A stretch of 64,000 nucleotides of DNA, from assembly GCA_963841915.1 (NCBI GenBank), contig CAWJEN010000005.1, forward strand, positions 256,001 to 320,000. The letters are read 5' to 3'. Position 1 is the first letter of the stretch, and each line of letters begins with the position of its first letter. Position numbers and translations under genes: made by a program. The stretch comes from an uncultured Planctomycetota bacterium (GTDB taxonomy: Bacteria; Planctomycetota; Phycisphaerae; Tepidisphaerales; Tepidisphaeraceae). The notes beneath the pieces are model-generated. The model was given only the letters and a program-made list of their open reading frames with translations, ran no database searches and was not told where the DNA came from. Of this stretch, positions 46,083 through 55,275 are shown piece by piece.

Positions 46083-47342
46083 ATGTCGCCTGCTCCCATT
46101 CGTTCGCGTTTCGTCCTTCTGTCCGCCGTCGCGGCAGTCGCCTCTCTACCCGCCTTTGCCGCCGCCCAGGACGTGACGGCCACCACGCAAGTTGCGCCCG
46201 ATAACGGTGCAGGTCGCCTCGCCGCCAATGACGTTCTCAAGTTCGGCGAGGACATGACCGGCGCATTCGACCTTGTGCCAAGCGAAGTCGGCGACGGCCC
46301 CCTCAGCAGCGTCACCGCCCGCGCCGGTGTCCTTGTTCAAGCTCGCGGCATCTTCAGCTACTTCGACACGCCCGGTGGTGATGACGAACTCGACTTCGGC
46401 TACGAGAACAGCCGCGTCAAGCCTTACATCTTCGGCACAATCGGTGACGAAGACGGCGCCGGCTTCCTGACCGGGCCCGTCGAGTATCGCGTGCAAGGCA
46501 CCTTCGTCCCCAACGGCGGTGACTTTGTCCTTGAAGACGCGTTCGGCGTCCTGCCCGTCGGTGAAGCGCTGTCGCTCCGCGTCGGTCAGTTCATCAACCC
46601 CGTCTCGGCTGAGGGCACGACGTTCGGCGGCTTCAACCTTGCCGTTGACCGCTCGCTTGCGGCCGCAACGCTCGGGTCGCCCGCACGCGTGCAGGGCGTC
46701 ACGGCTCTCATCAATCCCAAGAACAACGGCAGCCTTCGTGCAGAAATCGGCATCACCGACGGCAGTGGATCGGCCAACAGCGCCTTCTTCAGCGACGATG
46801 CAGACCTTGCCGTCGCAGGTCGCGCCGAGTTCCTGCTCGGCGGAGACTGGAAGGCCGTCGAGGACTTCACGGCCATCAACACGACCGAAGACACCAGCGT
46901 TGCCGGCGTCGGTGGTGAAGTGCTCTTCCAAGGCGACACCGTGCTCGTCATCGCAACCGGTGACTACCGCCAGGAGCAGACCAATGGCCTGACCATCTAC
47001 GGTGCCGGCTTTGCCACCTTCGGCCAGTTCGAGGGCGAAAGCACCTTCAACGTCGGCGGTGTCGGTCAAGTCGGCAAGGTGCTCGATAACGGCTACGAGC
47101 CCTTCGGCCGTGTCAGCGTGCTCGTGCTCGACGATGATCTGCCCACCGTCGCTGACGACTTCTCGCTGGAAATCACCGGCGGCGTCAACATCTACCTCGA
47201 TGAATCGATGCCGCACCGCGTTAAGGTCACTGCCGACGTCGGCTTCCTGCCCGTCGGCTCGCCCGACCAACCGCAGCTCGATTACTCGCTCAGCGACGAG
47301 TTCCAGTTCATCGTCCGCGGGCAGCTGCAGATTCTGCTCTGA
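46083..47342 (+). CDS. Outer-membrane beta-barrel protein (porin-like)
   Basis: Signal peptide; LEDAF, LRVGQF, alternating amphipathic strands, C-terminal RGQLQILL. Confidence 0.7.
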   Translation: MSPAPIRSRFVLLSAVAAVASLPAFAAAQDVTATTQVAPDNGAGRLAANDVLKFGEDMTGAFDLVPSEVGDGPLSSVTARAGVLVQARGIFSYFDTPGGDDELDFGYENSRVKPYIFGTIGDEDGAGFLTGPVEYRVQGTFVPNGGDFVLEDAFGVLPVGEALSLRVGQFINPVSAEGTTFGGFNLAVDRSLAAATLGSPARVQGVTALINPKNNGSLRAEIGITDGSGSANSAFFSDDADLAVAGRAEFLLGGDWKAVEDFTAINTTEDTSVAGVGGEVLFQGDTVLVIATGDYRQEQTNGLTIYGAGFATFGQFEGESTFNVGGVGQVGKVLDNGYEPFGRVSVLVLDDDLPTVADDFSLEITGGVNIYLDESMPHRVKVTADVGFLPVGSPDQPQLDYSLSDEFQFIVRGQLQILL

Positions 47343-47389
47343 GGCAAACTCTGTTGAAGCACGCAGCAACTTCCGATACAAGGAACACT

Positions 47390-48034
47390 ATGAACCACAT
47401 CACGATGGAGGAGCGTCCGATGATGGAAACGCTAGAATCCCGCCGGCTTCTGGCGGGGAACTTCGACTTCGGCGTCGGCCCGGCAACAAATGCAGTCCTC
47501 TGTGAGTTCGAAACCGGCTACAGGCGGACAGGCGTCGAAGAGGCCGTCGACTTCTGGATCGACTACTACGACCGGCTGTTCGAAGCCTTTGCAGATGATG
47601 TCGAAGACGGCTTCTTTACCCTCGGCCTGGATCCCGCAGATCGTAGCGATATTGCAGACTCGTTGCGGGACATCCTGCCCGATGACGACTTCGGGTTCGA
47701 AGATGGCCTTCGCGACGTGTTCACCAACTTCGGCGGCTTCGTGCTCGGTGGAGGCGGCGGGTTCTTCTTCGGAAGCGGCTCGGCCAACTTTGGCGAGGCC
47801 AATCGAGCCGGTGACGGCCAAGCCAAAGCCAGCCGCTACGAGGGCGGACTGTTTGCCGATAGTGCCGGTAGCTCCGGTGCCGTCAGCAGCGACGCCAGTG
47901 AAGCACTCACTTCATCGGCGGTCGGCTTTGCTCCCGTGGGTGACGTCAGCTTCAGCGACGTGCCTGCCGGTAATGGCGGCGGCGGCGGCGCAGCCGCCCG
48001 TGCTGGCGGCGTCTTCGGTGGTGGCTACGCGTAG
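47390..48034 (+). CDS. Small acidic protein with Planctomycete extracellular N-motif
   Basis: AAGGA RBS; METLESRRLLA; followed by a terminator. Confidence 0.7.
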   Translation: MNHITMEERPMMETLESRRLLAGNFDFGVGPATNAVLCEFETGYRRTGVEEAVDFWIDYYDRLFEAFADDVEDGFFTLGLDPADRSDIADSLRDILPDDDFGFEDGLRDVFTNFGGFVLGGGGGFFFGSGSANFGEANRAGDGQAKASRYEGGLFADSAGSSGAVSSDASEALTSSAVGFAPVGDVSFSDVPAGNGGGGGAAARAGGVFGGGYA

Positions 48035-48051
48035 TCCAAGCCCTAGCTCTG

Positions 48052-48086
48052 GAAGAAGGCCCGGCAACACATGCCGGGCCTTCTTC
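48052..48086. terminator. Bidirectional intrinsic terminator
   Basis: GAAGAAGGCCCGGCA-ACACA-TGCCGGGCCTTCTTC between convergent genes. Confidence 0.85.
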
Positions 48087-48091
48087 TTGCG

Positions 48092-49036
48092 CTATTTCTG
48101 AGCGGCTTCGGCAAGTTGCTCGGCCTGCTTCGTTCGTGAACGCACGTAGCCGATGAGTGCCGCCGGTATACCCGCGCCGACCCACTCCAACGGCAACGGC
48201 AAAGCCAGCGGCCACAACGGTCCGCCCGGCTCGCCAAGCGCAAGCCTCGCCTCGCCCGTGAAGAAGAAGGCCGCGACGTAGCCCACGACGGCAGCCACGA
48301 TCGGCCCCGCCCAGGCCCACGCTGCAGGTCGCACCGGCACCGTCGCATAAGCAGCGATAGCTCCAAGCCACGCACCCAGCGCGACGCTCAGCGTCGTCTG
48401 CATCGGAGCGTCGTTGCGAGAGGCCATGAAAACGACCACGCCGCACACACCGGCCGAGACGCCCAGGTGCAGGAACTTCTGCTGCAGTGACTCGCCGGTC
48501 CGCGGGCGATCGACCTTTCGATCTGCCGCCCGTGGCAGCTCGAGCCACCGCTTAAGTGCAGGCGACGTCGCTCCCCGCTCTCGAACGATGTGCAGCCCCG
48601 CCCAGATGCCCGCCGCCACGCCTGCCAGCAGTAACAACTCGAGCAACATGAGCAGAAAGACGCCCGAAGAGCCGTCGTTGAGCGTGTAGTGCACTTCACC
48701 GCCGCGGAGCCGAAGGACGATGAGGCCGGTCAATGCCGCCCCCCAGGCGGCGTCGTAGCGGACGCGACCGGCAAAGAGCAGGCCGACGACCGTCGCCAGA
48801 ACTAGCGTGATCGCCGCAAGCAGCAAGACGGCCACACCGATCGGCTGATGAAGGACGAGGGCGTCGTAAGGGCCACCCGACGGAAAGCCGGCAACTCGCC
48901 CGACAACCGAGAACATGCCGGCCGCCACGAGCCCGGCCACAAGAACAAGCGGCGTCCGCAACGCCGCCGGCGGCTTGCCTAGCAGACGCGAGAACAGGCC
49001 GGGTTGCGGCTTGCCATGAAACGGGTCGGCAGGCAT
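48092..49036 (-). CDS. Hypothetical integral membrane protein
   Basis: About 8 hydrophobic segments; fills the gap between terminator and lpdA. Confidence 0.7.
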   Translation of the reverse strand: MPADPFHGKPQPGLFSRLLGKPPAALRTPLVLVAGLVAAGMFSVVGRVAGFPSGGPYDALVLHQPIGVAVLLLAAITLVLATVVGLLFAGRVRYDAAWGAALTGLIVLRLRGGEVHYTLNDGSSGVFLLMLLELLLLAGVAAGIWAGLHIVRERGATSPALKRWLELPRAADRKVDRPRTGESLQQKFLHLGVSAGVCGVVVFMASRNDAPMQTTLSVALGAWLGAIAAYATVPVRPAAWAWAGPIVAAVVGYVAAFFFTGEARLALGEPGGPLWPLALPLPLEWVGAGIPAALIGYVRSRTKQAEQLAEAAQK

Positions 49037-49159
49037 GGTCACACCCGCAGCGTACGGACCAAGCACCGTCTTTGCCGCGTGAGGTTGGTGTCAACGTCGC
49101 GGACTGTCACAGGGTGGAAGTGTCGGGCGTGTCGGGTGCCGCCCTACCGTGCGACGCAC

Positions 49160-50569
49160 ATGGCCAAGAAGTACGACCTCATCGTCATCGGCGGCGGGCC
49201 CGCCGGCTACGCAGCCGCCATCCGCGCCGGCCAACTTGGCAAACGCGTCCTTTGCCTCGAGAAGGAAAATCTCGGCGGCACATGTCTTAATTGGGGCTGC
49301 ATTCCGACCAAAGCTCTGCTCGATGCCGGTGCGTTTGTTCGCCAGGCGCGCGACCACGCCGGTGAGTTCGGCGTGACGTTCGACAACATGACCGTCGACT
49401 TCCACAAGCCCATCGCCCGCAGCCGACAAATCGCCGGGAAGCTCAACAAGGGCATCGCTCACCTCTTCAGCAAGTACAAGGTCGACCACCACATGGCAAC
49501 GGCCAAGGTCATCGCCAACAACAAGGTCGAGTGGACTCTCGACGGCAAGACGGAGTCGAGCGAGTGCGGCAAGATCCTCATCGCCACCGGCGCCAAGCCC
49601 AAGAACCTGCCGGGCATCGAGATCGATCACGACAAGATCATCTCGTCGCGTGAGGCGATGAACCTGCCCGAGCAGCCCAAAAAGCTGGCCATCATTGGTG
49701 CCGGGGCGATCGGGTGTGAGTTTGCCGACTTCTACAACGCAATGGGGACCGACGTGACGATCGTCGAGTACTTGCCGCATTTGCTGCCAAATGAGGACAA
49801 AGACTGCTCGATCGTGCTCGAGCGGTCGTTCAAGAAGCGTGGCATTAACCTCATGCTCGGCAGCAAGACGACCAAAGTCATGAAGAGTGACGAGGGCGTT
49901 GTGCTGACGGTCACACCCGCCGACGAGAGCAAGGGCAAGGACGAGACGCACATTGAGGCCGACAAGGTGCTCCTGGCCGTTGGCGTGACCGGCAACATCG
50001 ACAACCTCTTCGACCCGAAGGTCGGCGTCGAGATCTTCAAGGAGCACATTAAGGTCGACACGTCGTACAAGACGAACGTCGACGGCATCTGGGCCGTCGG
50101 TGACGTGATCGGGCCGCCTTGGCTGGCTCACGTCGCGCATCACGAGGCCGTCTACTGCGTCGAGCGGATGTTCGACTTTGGCGACCACCACGTCGATTAC
50201 GACAACGTCCCCGGCTGCACGTACACGCACCCGCAGGTCGCCAGCATGGGCATGACCGAGGAGAAAGCCCGGGCCACGGGCAAGAAGCTCAAGGTCGGCA
50301 AGTTCCCGTTCAGCGTCTCCGGGCGAGCCCTTGCCGCCGGCGACACGGAAGGCTTTGTCAAACAGATCTTTGACGCCGACACCGGCGAATTGCTCGGCGT
50401 GCACATGGTCGGCGAGAACGTCACCGAGCTGCTTGCCGAGATGGTTGTCGCCAAGAAGCTCGAAGCGACGGAGGCCGAGATTATCGAGGCAATGCACCCG
50501 CACCCGACGCTGAGCGAAGCCGTCATGGAAGCCGCCGGCGTCGCCGACAGGCGTGCGATTCACTTGTGA
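49160..50569 (+). CDS. lpdA: Dihydrolipoyl dehydrogenase
   Basis: GGGPAGY, GGTCLNWGCIPTK, GAGAIGCE, HPHPTLSE. Confidence 0.97.
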   Translation: MAKKYDLIVIGGGPAGYAAAIRAGQLGKRVLCLEKENLGGTCLNWGCIPTKALLDAGAFVRQARDHAGEFGVTFDNMTVDFHKPIARSRQIAGKLNKGIAHLFSKYKVDHHMATAKVIANNKVEWTLDGKTESSECGKILIATGAKPKNLPGIEIDHDKIISSREAMNLPEQPKKLAIIGAGAIGCEFADFYNAMGTDVTIVEYLPHLLPNEDKDCSIVLERSFKKRGINLMLGSKTTKVMKSDEGVVLTVTPADESKGKDETHIEADKVLLAVGVTGNIDNLFDPKVGVEIFKEHIKVDTSYKTNVDGIWAVGDVIGPPWLAHVAHHEAVYCVERMFDFGDHHVDYDNVPGCTYTHPQVASMGMTEEKARATGKKLKVGKFPFSVSGRALAAGDTEGFVKQIFDADTGELLGVHMVGENVTELLAEMVVAKKLEATEAEIIEAMHPHPTLSEAVMEAAGVADRRAIHL

Positions 50570-51306
50570 GACGGCACCTTCGCCGGCTTCTCGAAAAACA
50601 TCAGGTGCTGCGTCGGCAGCACATCGAGCGTCTCGACGTGCTCCAAGCCCGCTGCTTCCAGCTCCTTGATCGCCTGGGCCTCGGTCATCTTGTGCAGCGG
50701 CTTGATCGGCACCGTCGCGTCCTCGCCGCGGTACTCGACGAGGGCGATGCGGCCGCCTGGCTTGAGACCGGCGACGATGCCGAGCATCATCTCGCGCGGG
50801 TGGCTGAACTCGTGGTAGGCGTCAACGAGTAGTACAAGGTCGACCTCGCCCGCCGGCAGTTTCGGGTCGTCGATGTTGCCGAGGATCGGCTCGACGTTCG
50901 TCAGACCCCGCTCGGCCTCGCCTGCGTTGAGCAGGTCGAGCATCTCAGGCTGGATGTCGACGGCCAACACGCGCCCTTGTGGCACTTGCTCGGCCAGGCG
51001 GAACGTAAAGTAGCCGGTGCCGGCACCTATGTCAGCGACGGTGGCGTCCTCGGCCAATCCTAATGCGCTGATGAGCTCAGCGGGTTGTTCCTCGCGGTCA
51101 CGTTCAGGCCGCTCCAGCCAGCCGGCACCGAGGTGGCCCATCACCTGACTGATTTCGCGGCCCATGTACACCTTGCCGATGCCGTCCGGGGTCGGCTCGA
51201 TCTGGCTGTACACCCCGTCGGCAACAGGCGGTGGCTCAGTCGCGTCGCTGCAGCCGACGGCTGAAAGTGAAAGTAGAACGGCGAATACAGCGGGAAATCG
51301 ACGCAC
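50560..51306 (-). CDS. Class I SAM-dependent methyltransferase, lipoprotein
   Basis: Lipobox AVGC, YMGREIS.VMGH, ADIGAGTGYF, VDAYHEF. Confidence 0.9.
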   Translation of the reverse strand: MRRFPAVFAVLLSLSAVGCSDATEPPPVADGVYSQIEPTPDGIGKVYMGREISQVMGHLGAGWLERPERDREEQPAELISALGLAEDATVADIGAGTGYFTFRLAEQVPQGRVLAVDIQPEMLDLLNAGEAERGLTNVEPILGNIDDPKLPAGEVDLVLLVDAYHEFSHPREMMLGIVAGLKPGGRIALVEYRGEDATVPIKPLHKMTEAQAIKELEAAGLEHVETLDVLPTQHLMFFEKPAKVPSHK

Positions 51307-51314
51307 CGCATAGT

Positions 51315-52190
51315 CTACACGCGCTCGACGATAATGACCGTCACGTCGTCGTCGGGCTTGCTGCCGATGGCTCGACGAATGTCGGCGGCCAAGTCGGTGG
51401 CGGACAGGCCGCGACGCTCGGCAATCGCGTCCCGCCAGATGTCAGGATCGCCTGCGCCTTCGTCGGCGAAGATAGCCTCAGCACCATCGGTGCAGAAGAT
51501 CAAGCGATCGCCGCGCGCCAGCTGAACGTGCTCGACGGTGAACACTTCGTCCGGAATGATGCCGAGCAGAGCACCGTCACCGCCGACGGTGAGGACGTCG
51601 TCGCCGCTGATGTGCAGGGCCATCGGGTGACCGCCGCGGGCGAACTCGACGCAGCCGTGCTCGGCGTTGAACTTGGCGTAGACGGCCGTTGCAAAGAAGC
51701 CGCTCGTCAGGCCTTGGCCACACAGCGATACGTTCATGCCGGCGAGCACCTCGCCGGCGGCGAGCAGCCGATAAGCATCGGCGTCGACCTGCTTTGGCCG
51801 AACCGCGTGGTGCAGGAACATCGCCAGCAGCGCCGCCGGCATGCCGTGACCGACGGCGTCGATCTGGTGGAGGCCCAGATGGTGCTCGTCGAGCCGGTCG
51901 ATCGCAAACATGTCACCGCTGACACCGGCTGCCGGTTGATGGACGACGTGGAACCGCAGGCTACCGACCTCGGGTAGCTTCCGCGGCAGGAAATCCCGCT
52001 GCAACCGGGCGGCCAGGGCAACTTCGCGATCGACTTGCTCCAGGTGATATTGCCGAGCGTCTGCCTGCTGACGCAGATTGCCCAGCTCAGCGTGCATCGC
52101 CTCTGCGGCAGCGAGCAGTCGCTCGACGTACGCGGGTGACGGCCGCTTGGGCGGATGGAGCTTCGAAGTGTTGGAGGGAAGCAGCGTCAT
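51315..52190 (-). CDS. PP2C/SpoIIE (RsbU-like) serine phosphatase
   Basis: LQRDFLP, VSGD.F, DAVGHG.PAAL, CTDG, DDDVT. Confidence 0.9.
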   Translation of the reverse strand: MTLLPSNTSKLHPPKRPSPAYVERLLAAAEAMHAELGNLRQQADARQYHLEQVDREVALAARLQRDFLPRKLPEVGSLRFHVVHQPAAGVSGDMFAIDRLDEHHLGLHQIDAVGHGMPAALLAMFLHHAVRPKQVDADAYRLLAAGEVLAGMNVSLCGQGLTSGFFATAVYAKFNAEHGCVEFARGGHPMALHISGDDVLTVGGDGALLGIIPDEVFTVEHVQLARGDRLIFCTDGAEAIFADEGAGDPDIWRDAIAERRGLSATDLAADIRRAIGSKPDDDVTVIIVERV

Positions 52191-52260
52191 GACACGCCGG
52201 TCGCAACAACGCCGGCACCGCCAGCATCGTCCGCCAGGCCGTCTCGCTTGAGGCCGCGTG

Positions 52261-53124
52261 TCAGTTCATGTCGAGCGCAGGCGAAACGTCGATCTTCGTG
52301 CCGGCCTCGACACCGACCGCCGCTGCGCGGTCCTTGTTGATCTCGATAACAAACTGGGCCGGGCCGTCGCTACGCAGGTCGTTGACTTCTCGTAGCGGCC
52401 TGCCCTGCTCGATATTAAGGACAACGCCGCTCGCGTCGAGAAAGATCAGGTCGAGCGGCAGATAAGTGTTCTGCATCCAGAAACTCTTCTGCGTCGGCCC
52501 ATCGAAAACAAAGATCATGCCCTCGTCCGGCGCCATTTCTCGCCTGTACATCAGGCCAGTCTGTTGCTCGTTGGCATCATCGGCGACCATGAGCGTGAAC
52601 GGCGTATCGTTCAACATGATCTCGGCAGTCGGCAGATTCTGCGGTTGAGGCCGCTCTGCGGGCGTGGCCGGCGTCGACTGCTGTGCCTGCGTAGAGGCGG
52701 CCGGAGCAAGGACGGGCGTCGCTGTTTCCTCGCCGCAACCGACGAGCAGGAAGACGAGCAACACCATCGCCGAGCGAAGCGCGTCGCGGCCGATGCGGTT
52801 TTTGAGGTGTTTGGTCAGTCGCATATCGAGCCAGGCAAAGACGAGCATGAGCACGGTCACAGGCAACAGCATCAACGTCGCGATCGGCAACAGGACGCCG
52901 GCCGTGCCGCCCTCTTCGAGGCCTTGGATGCGACTGATGACGAAGTAGAGCAGCAGTCCGGCGAGCGTGATTGTGACGCCGTTCAGGCGGCGAAGCCGGA
53001 CGCGGATGCGGTTGGCCCGCTCGCCCTCACGCTCTGCAAGCCTCGCCGCCGAGCCTGCGTGCAGCATGTACCACGCCCCGACGAGGCAGGCCGGCAACGC
53101 GAAGAGGGCGGCAGTGACGGACAC
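52261..53124 (-). CDS. DUF192-domain protein with N-terminal membrane region
   Basis: GLMYR, GMIFVF, SFWMQNTYLPLDLIF, VIEIN. Confidence 0.85.
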   Translation of the reverse strand: MSVTAALFALPACLVGAWYMLHAGSAARLAEREGERANRIRVRLRRLNGVTITLAGLLLYFVISRIQGLEEGGTAGVLLPIATLMLLPVTVLMLVFAWLDMRLTKHLKNRIGRDALRSAMVLLVFLLVGCGEETATPVLAPAASTQAQQSTPATPAERPQPQNLPTAEIMLNDTPFTLMVADDANEQQTGLMYRREMAPDEGMIFVFDGPTQKSFWMQNTYLPLDLIFLDASGVVLNIEQGRPLREVNDLRSDGPAQFVIEINKDRAAAVGVEAGTKIDVSPALDMN

Positions 53125-53224
53125 GCTCTAGCCTAGAACGGCAACCTTTGCAACGGAGACCGCCGCAACGCCGGGTCGGCACAAGGCTGAAAAGAAGCCG
53201 TGATTCACGCCGTAACGTCGTGCG

Positions 53225-54151
53225 ATGACTGCCCCTGCGATGATGAATGAGCCTGCAACCGGCCCTGCCGCGGTGCTAGCCTTTGCGGCGGATATCAAGC
53301 TGAGCCACAGTGTTTTTGCCCTGCCGTTTGCCATGCTGTCGGCGACACTGGCGGCCTTGTCGCCGGCATCGGTGTTCGGCCAGACGTGGGGCTATGCGAG
53401 CTTTGGCCTCATTCTCGTCTGCATGGTTGCCGCCCGTACCGCGGCCATGGGTGCCAACCGCTACCTCGATGCTAATCTCGACGCGCAGAACCCGCGCACG
53501 CGTAGCCGCGCCATCCCGGCCGGACGCGTCAGCGGTCGCTTTGTGCTGACAACCACGCTCGCGTCTGGCGCGATCTTCCTGCTCGGTTGCGTCGGGTTCG
53601 GCGTCTTCTACGGCAACTGGTTGCCCGCGCTACTCGGGTTGCCGGTGCTGGCCTTCATCTGCGGCTATCCGCTGCTCAAGCGATTTTCGAGCCTTTGCCA
53701 CTATTACCTTGGTGCCGCTCTTGCACTCGCACCGATCTGCGCTTGGATCGCCGTCAGCGGGACATTGGCCGTCGAGCCGCTGCTCATGGCCGGCAGCGTC
53801 TTGTGCTGGACTGCCGGTTTCGACGTCATCTACGCGACGGCCGATCGCGACAGCGACATTGCCACCGGCGTCCACTCCATGCCGGCCCGGCTCGGCATCG
53901 CAAAGTCGCTTTACGTCAGTCGCGCGACGCATGTCGTCTCTGCTGCCCTGCTGGTCCTGCTCGGGTTCGCCTCGCCGCAGCTGGGCATGCTGTGGTTCCT
54001 CGCCGTCGCGGTAACAGTCGTTCTGCTCATCATCGAGCACATAATCGTGCGGCCAGACGATCTTTCACGCGTCGGCATGGCCTTCTTCACCGTCAACGGC
54101 ATCATCAGCCTGCTCCTCGGGACGGCAGGCATCGTCGATGCATTGACCTGA
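53225..54151 (+). CDS. UbiA-family polyprenyltransferase (MqnP-like)
   Basis: IKLSHSVFALPFA, NRYLD...D..NPRT..R.IPAG, W.AGFD.IYA. Confidence 0.9.
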   Translation: MTAPAMMNEPATGPAAVLAFAADIKLSHSVFALPFAMLSATLAALSPASVFGQTWGYASFGLILVCMVAARTAAMGANRYLDANLDAQNPRTRSRAIPAGRVSGRFVLTTTLASGAIFLLGCVGFGVFYGNWLPALLGLPVLAFICGYPLLKRFSSLCHYYLGAALALAPICAWIAVSGTLAVEPLLMAGSVLCWTAGFDVIYATADRDSDIATGVHSMPARLGIAKSLYVSRATHVVSAALLVLLGFASPQLGMLWFLAVAVTVVLLIIEHIIVRPDDLSRVGMAFFTVNGIISLLLGTAGIVDALT

Positions 54152-54154
54152 GAC

Positions 54155-55018
54155 TCAATCTTCCAGCAGGGCCGCTTCGTAGCCGTCTGCCGCCTCGTCG
54201 TCGGTGTATGGCCCCTTGGCCAGGCCGTGCACGAACTGCCGAACGCGCGGGTCGTCGCTATCGCGGAACTCGTCCTTCGAGCCTTCGGCCACGAAGCGAC
54301 CTTTGTCAAGCAACACCATGCGGTCGGCGATGCGGAACGCGCTGTCCATCTCGTGCGTGACGACGACGCTCGTAACGCCGAGCAGGCGGTTGAGGTTGCA
54401 GATGAGTTCGTCGACCTGCACGCTCGTGATCGGGTCGAGGCCTGCACTCGGCTCGTCGTAGAACAAGATGTCGGGGTCGAGCGAAAGCGCCCGTGCCAGG
54501 CCGGCCCGCTTCTTCATGCCGCCGCTGATTTCACCCGGCAGGCGGTCGGATGCGTGGCGGATGCTGACCTGCTCGAGCTTCATTTTGACGCTGATCGCGA
54601 TCGTCTCCGGGTCCAGGTCGGCGTGCATACGCATCGGCAACGCGACATTGTCGGCCACCGTCATGCTGTTGAACAATGCCCCGCTCTGGAACAACACGCC
54701 GATCGTGCGGCGGTAGTTTTCGAGCTGCTCGTCGCTCATGGCACACACGTTGACCGGCCCACCGAGCTTTGCCGGCAGGTTGATGATGACGCGCCCACCG
54801 GTCGCCCGTAGCCCGCCCGTCATGCAGCGGAGCAGCGTGCTCTTACCGCTACCTGACCCGCCGAGAATGACAAGCACCTCGCCGCGACGCACGTCAAGAT
54901 TCACATCTTCCAGCACCGTTGTGTCGCCGAACGTCTTGGACAGCCCTTCGACGCGGATGATGACATCCTCGGGCAGCTTGTCCTCGACGTTCCCGCAGCG
55001 CTTGTGACGTCGAAGCAT
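54155..55018 (-). CDS. ABC transporter ATP-binding protein (MlaF/Ttg2A-like; start uncertain)
   Basis: GGSGSGKST, FQSGALF.SMTV..NV, SGGMKKRAGLARAL, DEPSAGLDP. Confidence 0.9.
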   Translation of the reverse strand: MLRRHKRCGNVEDKLPEDVIIRVEGLSKTFGDTTVLEDVNLDVRRGEVLVILGGSGSGKSTLLRCMTGGLRATGGRVIINLPAKLGGPVNVCAMSDEQLENYRRTIGVLFQSGALFNSMTVADNVALPMRMHADLDPETIAISVKMKLEQVSIRHASDRLPGEISGGMKKRAGLARALSLDPDILFYDEPSAGLDPITSVQVDELICNLNRLLGVTSVVVTHEMDSAFRIADRMVLLDKGRFVAEGSKDEFRDSDDPRVRQFVHGLAKGPYTDDEAADGYEAALLED

Positions 55019-55027
55019 GACAAGAGT

Positions 55028-55258
55028 CTATTGCGACACGCAAGGCCCACCAGGCACACCACATCGGCCGCACATCGGTGCGTCAGGCGACGCCTCGAAC
55101 GGGCGACCGCCGGTGCCGACTTGTACCTTCGAGAGGCCACGCTGCGTCTGCGAGCTGCCGCAGTGCGGACAGTCGGCTGCGACGTGCTTCGGCATCGAGC
55201 GGAAGAACTTGTCGAACGTCTTGCCGCAGGAACGGCAGGTGAAGTCGTGAATCGGCAT
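55028..55258 (-). CDS. FmdB-family zinc-ribbon protein
   Basis: MPIHDFTCRSCG...CPHCGS. Confidence 0.85.
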   Translation of the reverse strand: MPIHDFTCRSCGKTFDKFFRSMPKHVAADCPHCGSSQTQRGLSKVQVGTGGRPFEASPDAPMCGRCGVPGGPCVSQ

Positions 55259-55275
55259 GAGCTTGCTTGTTCGAA

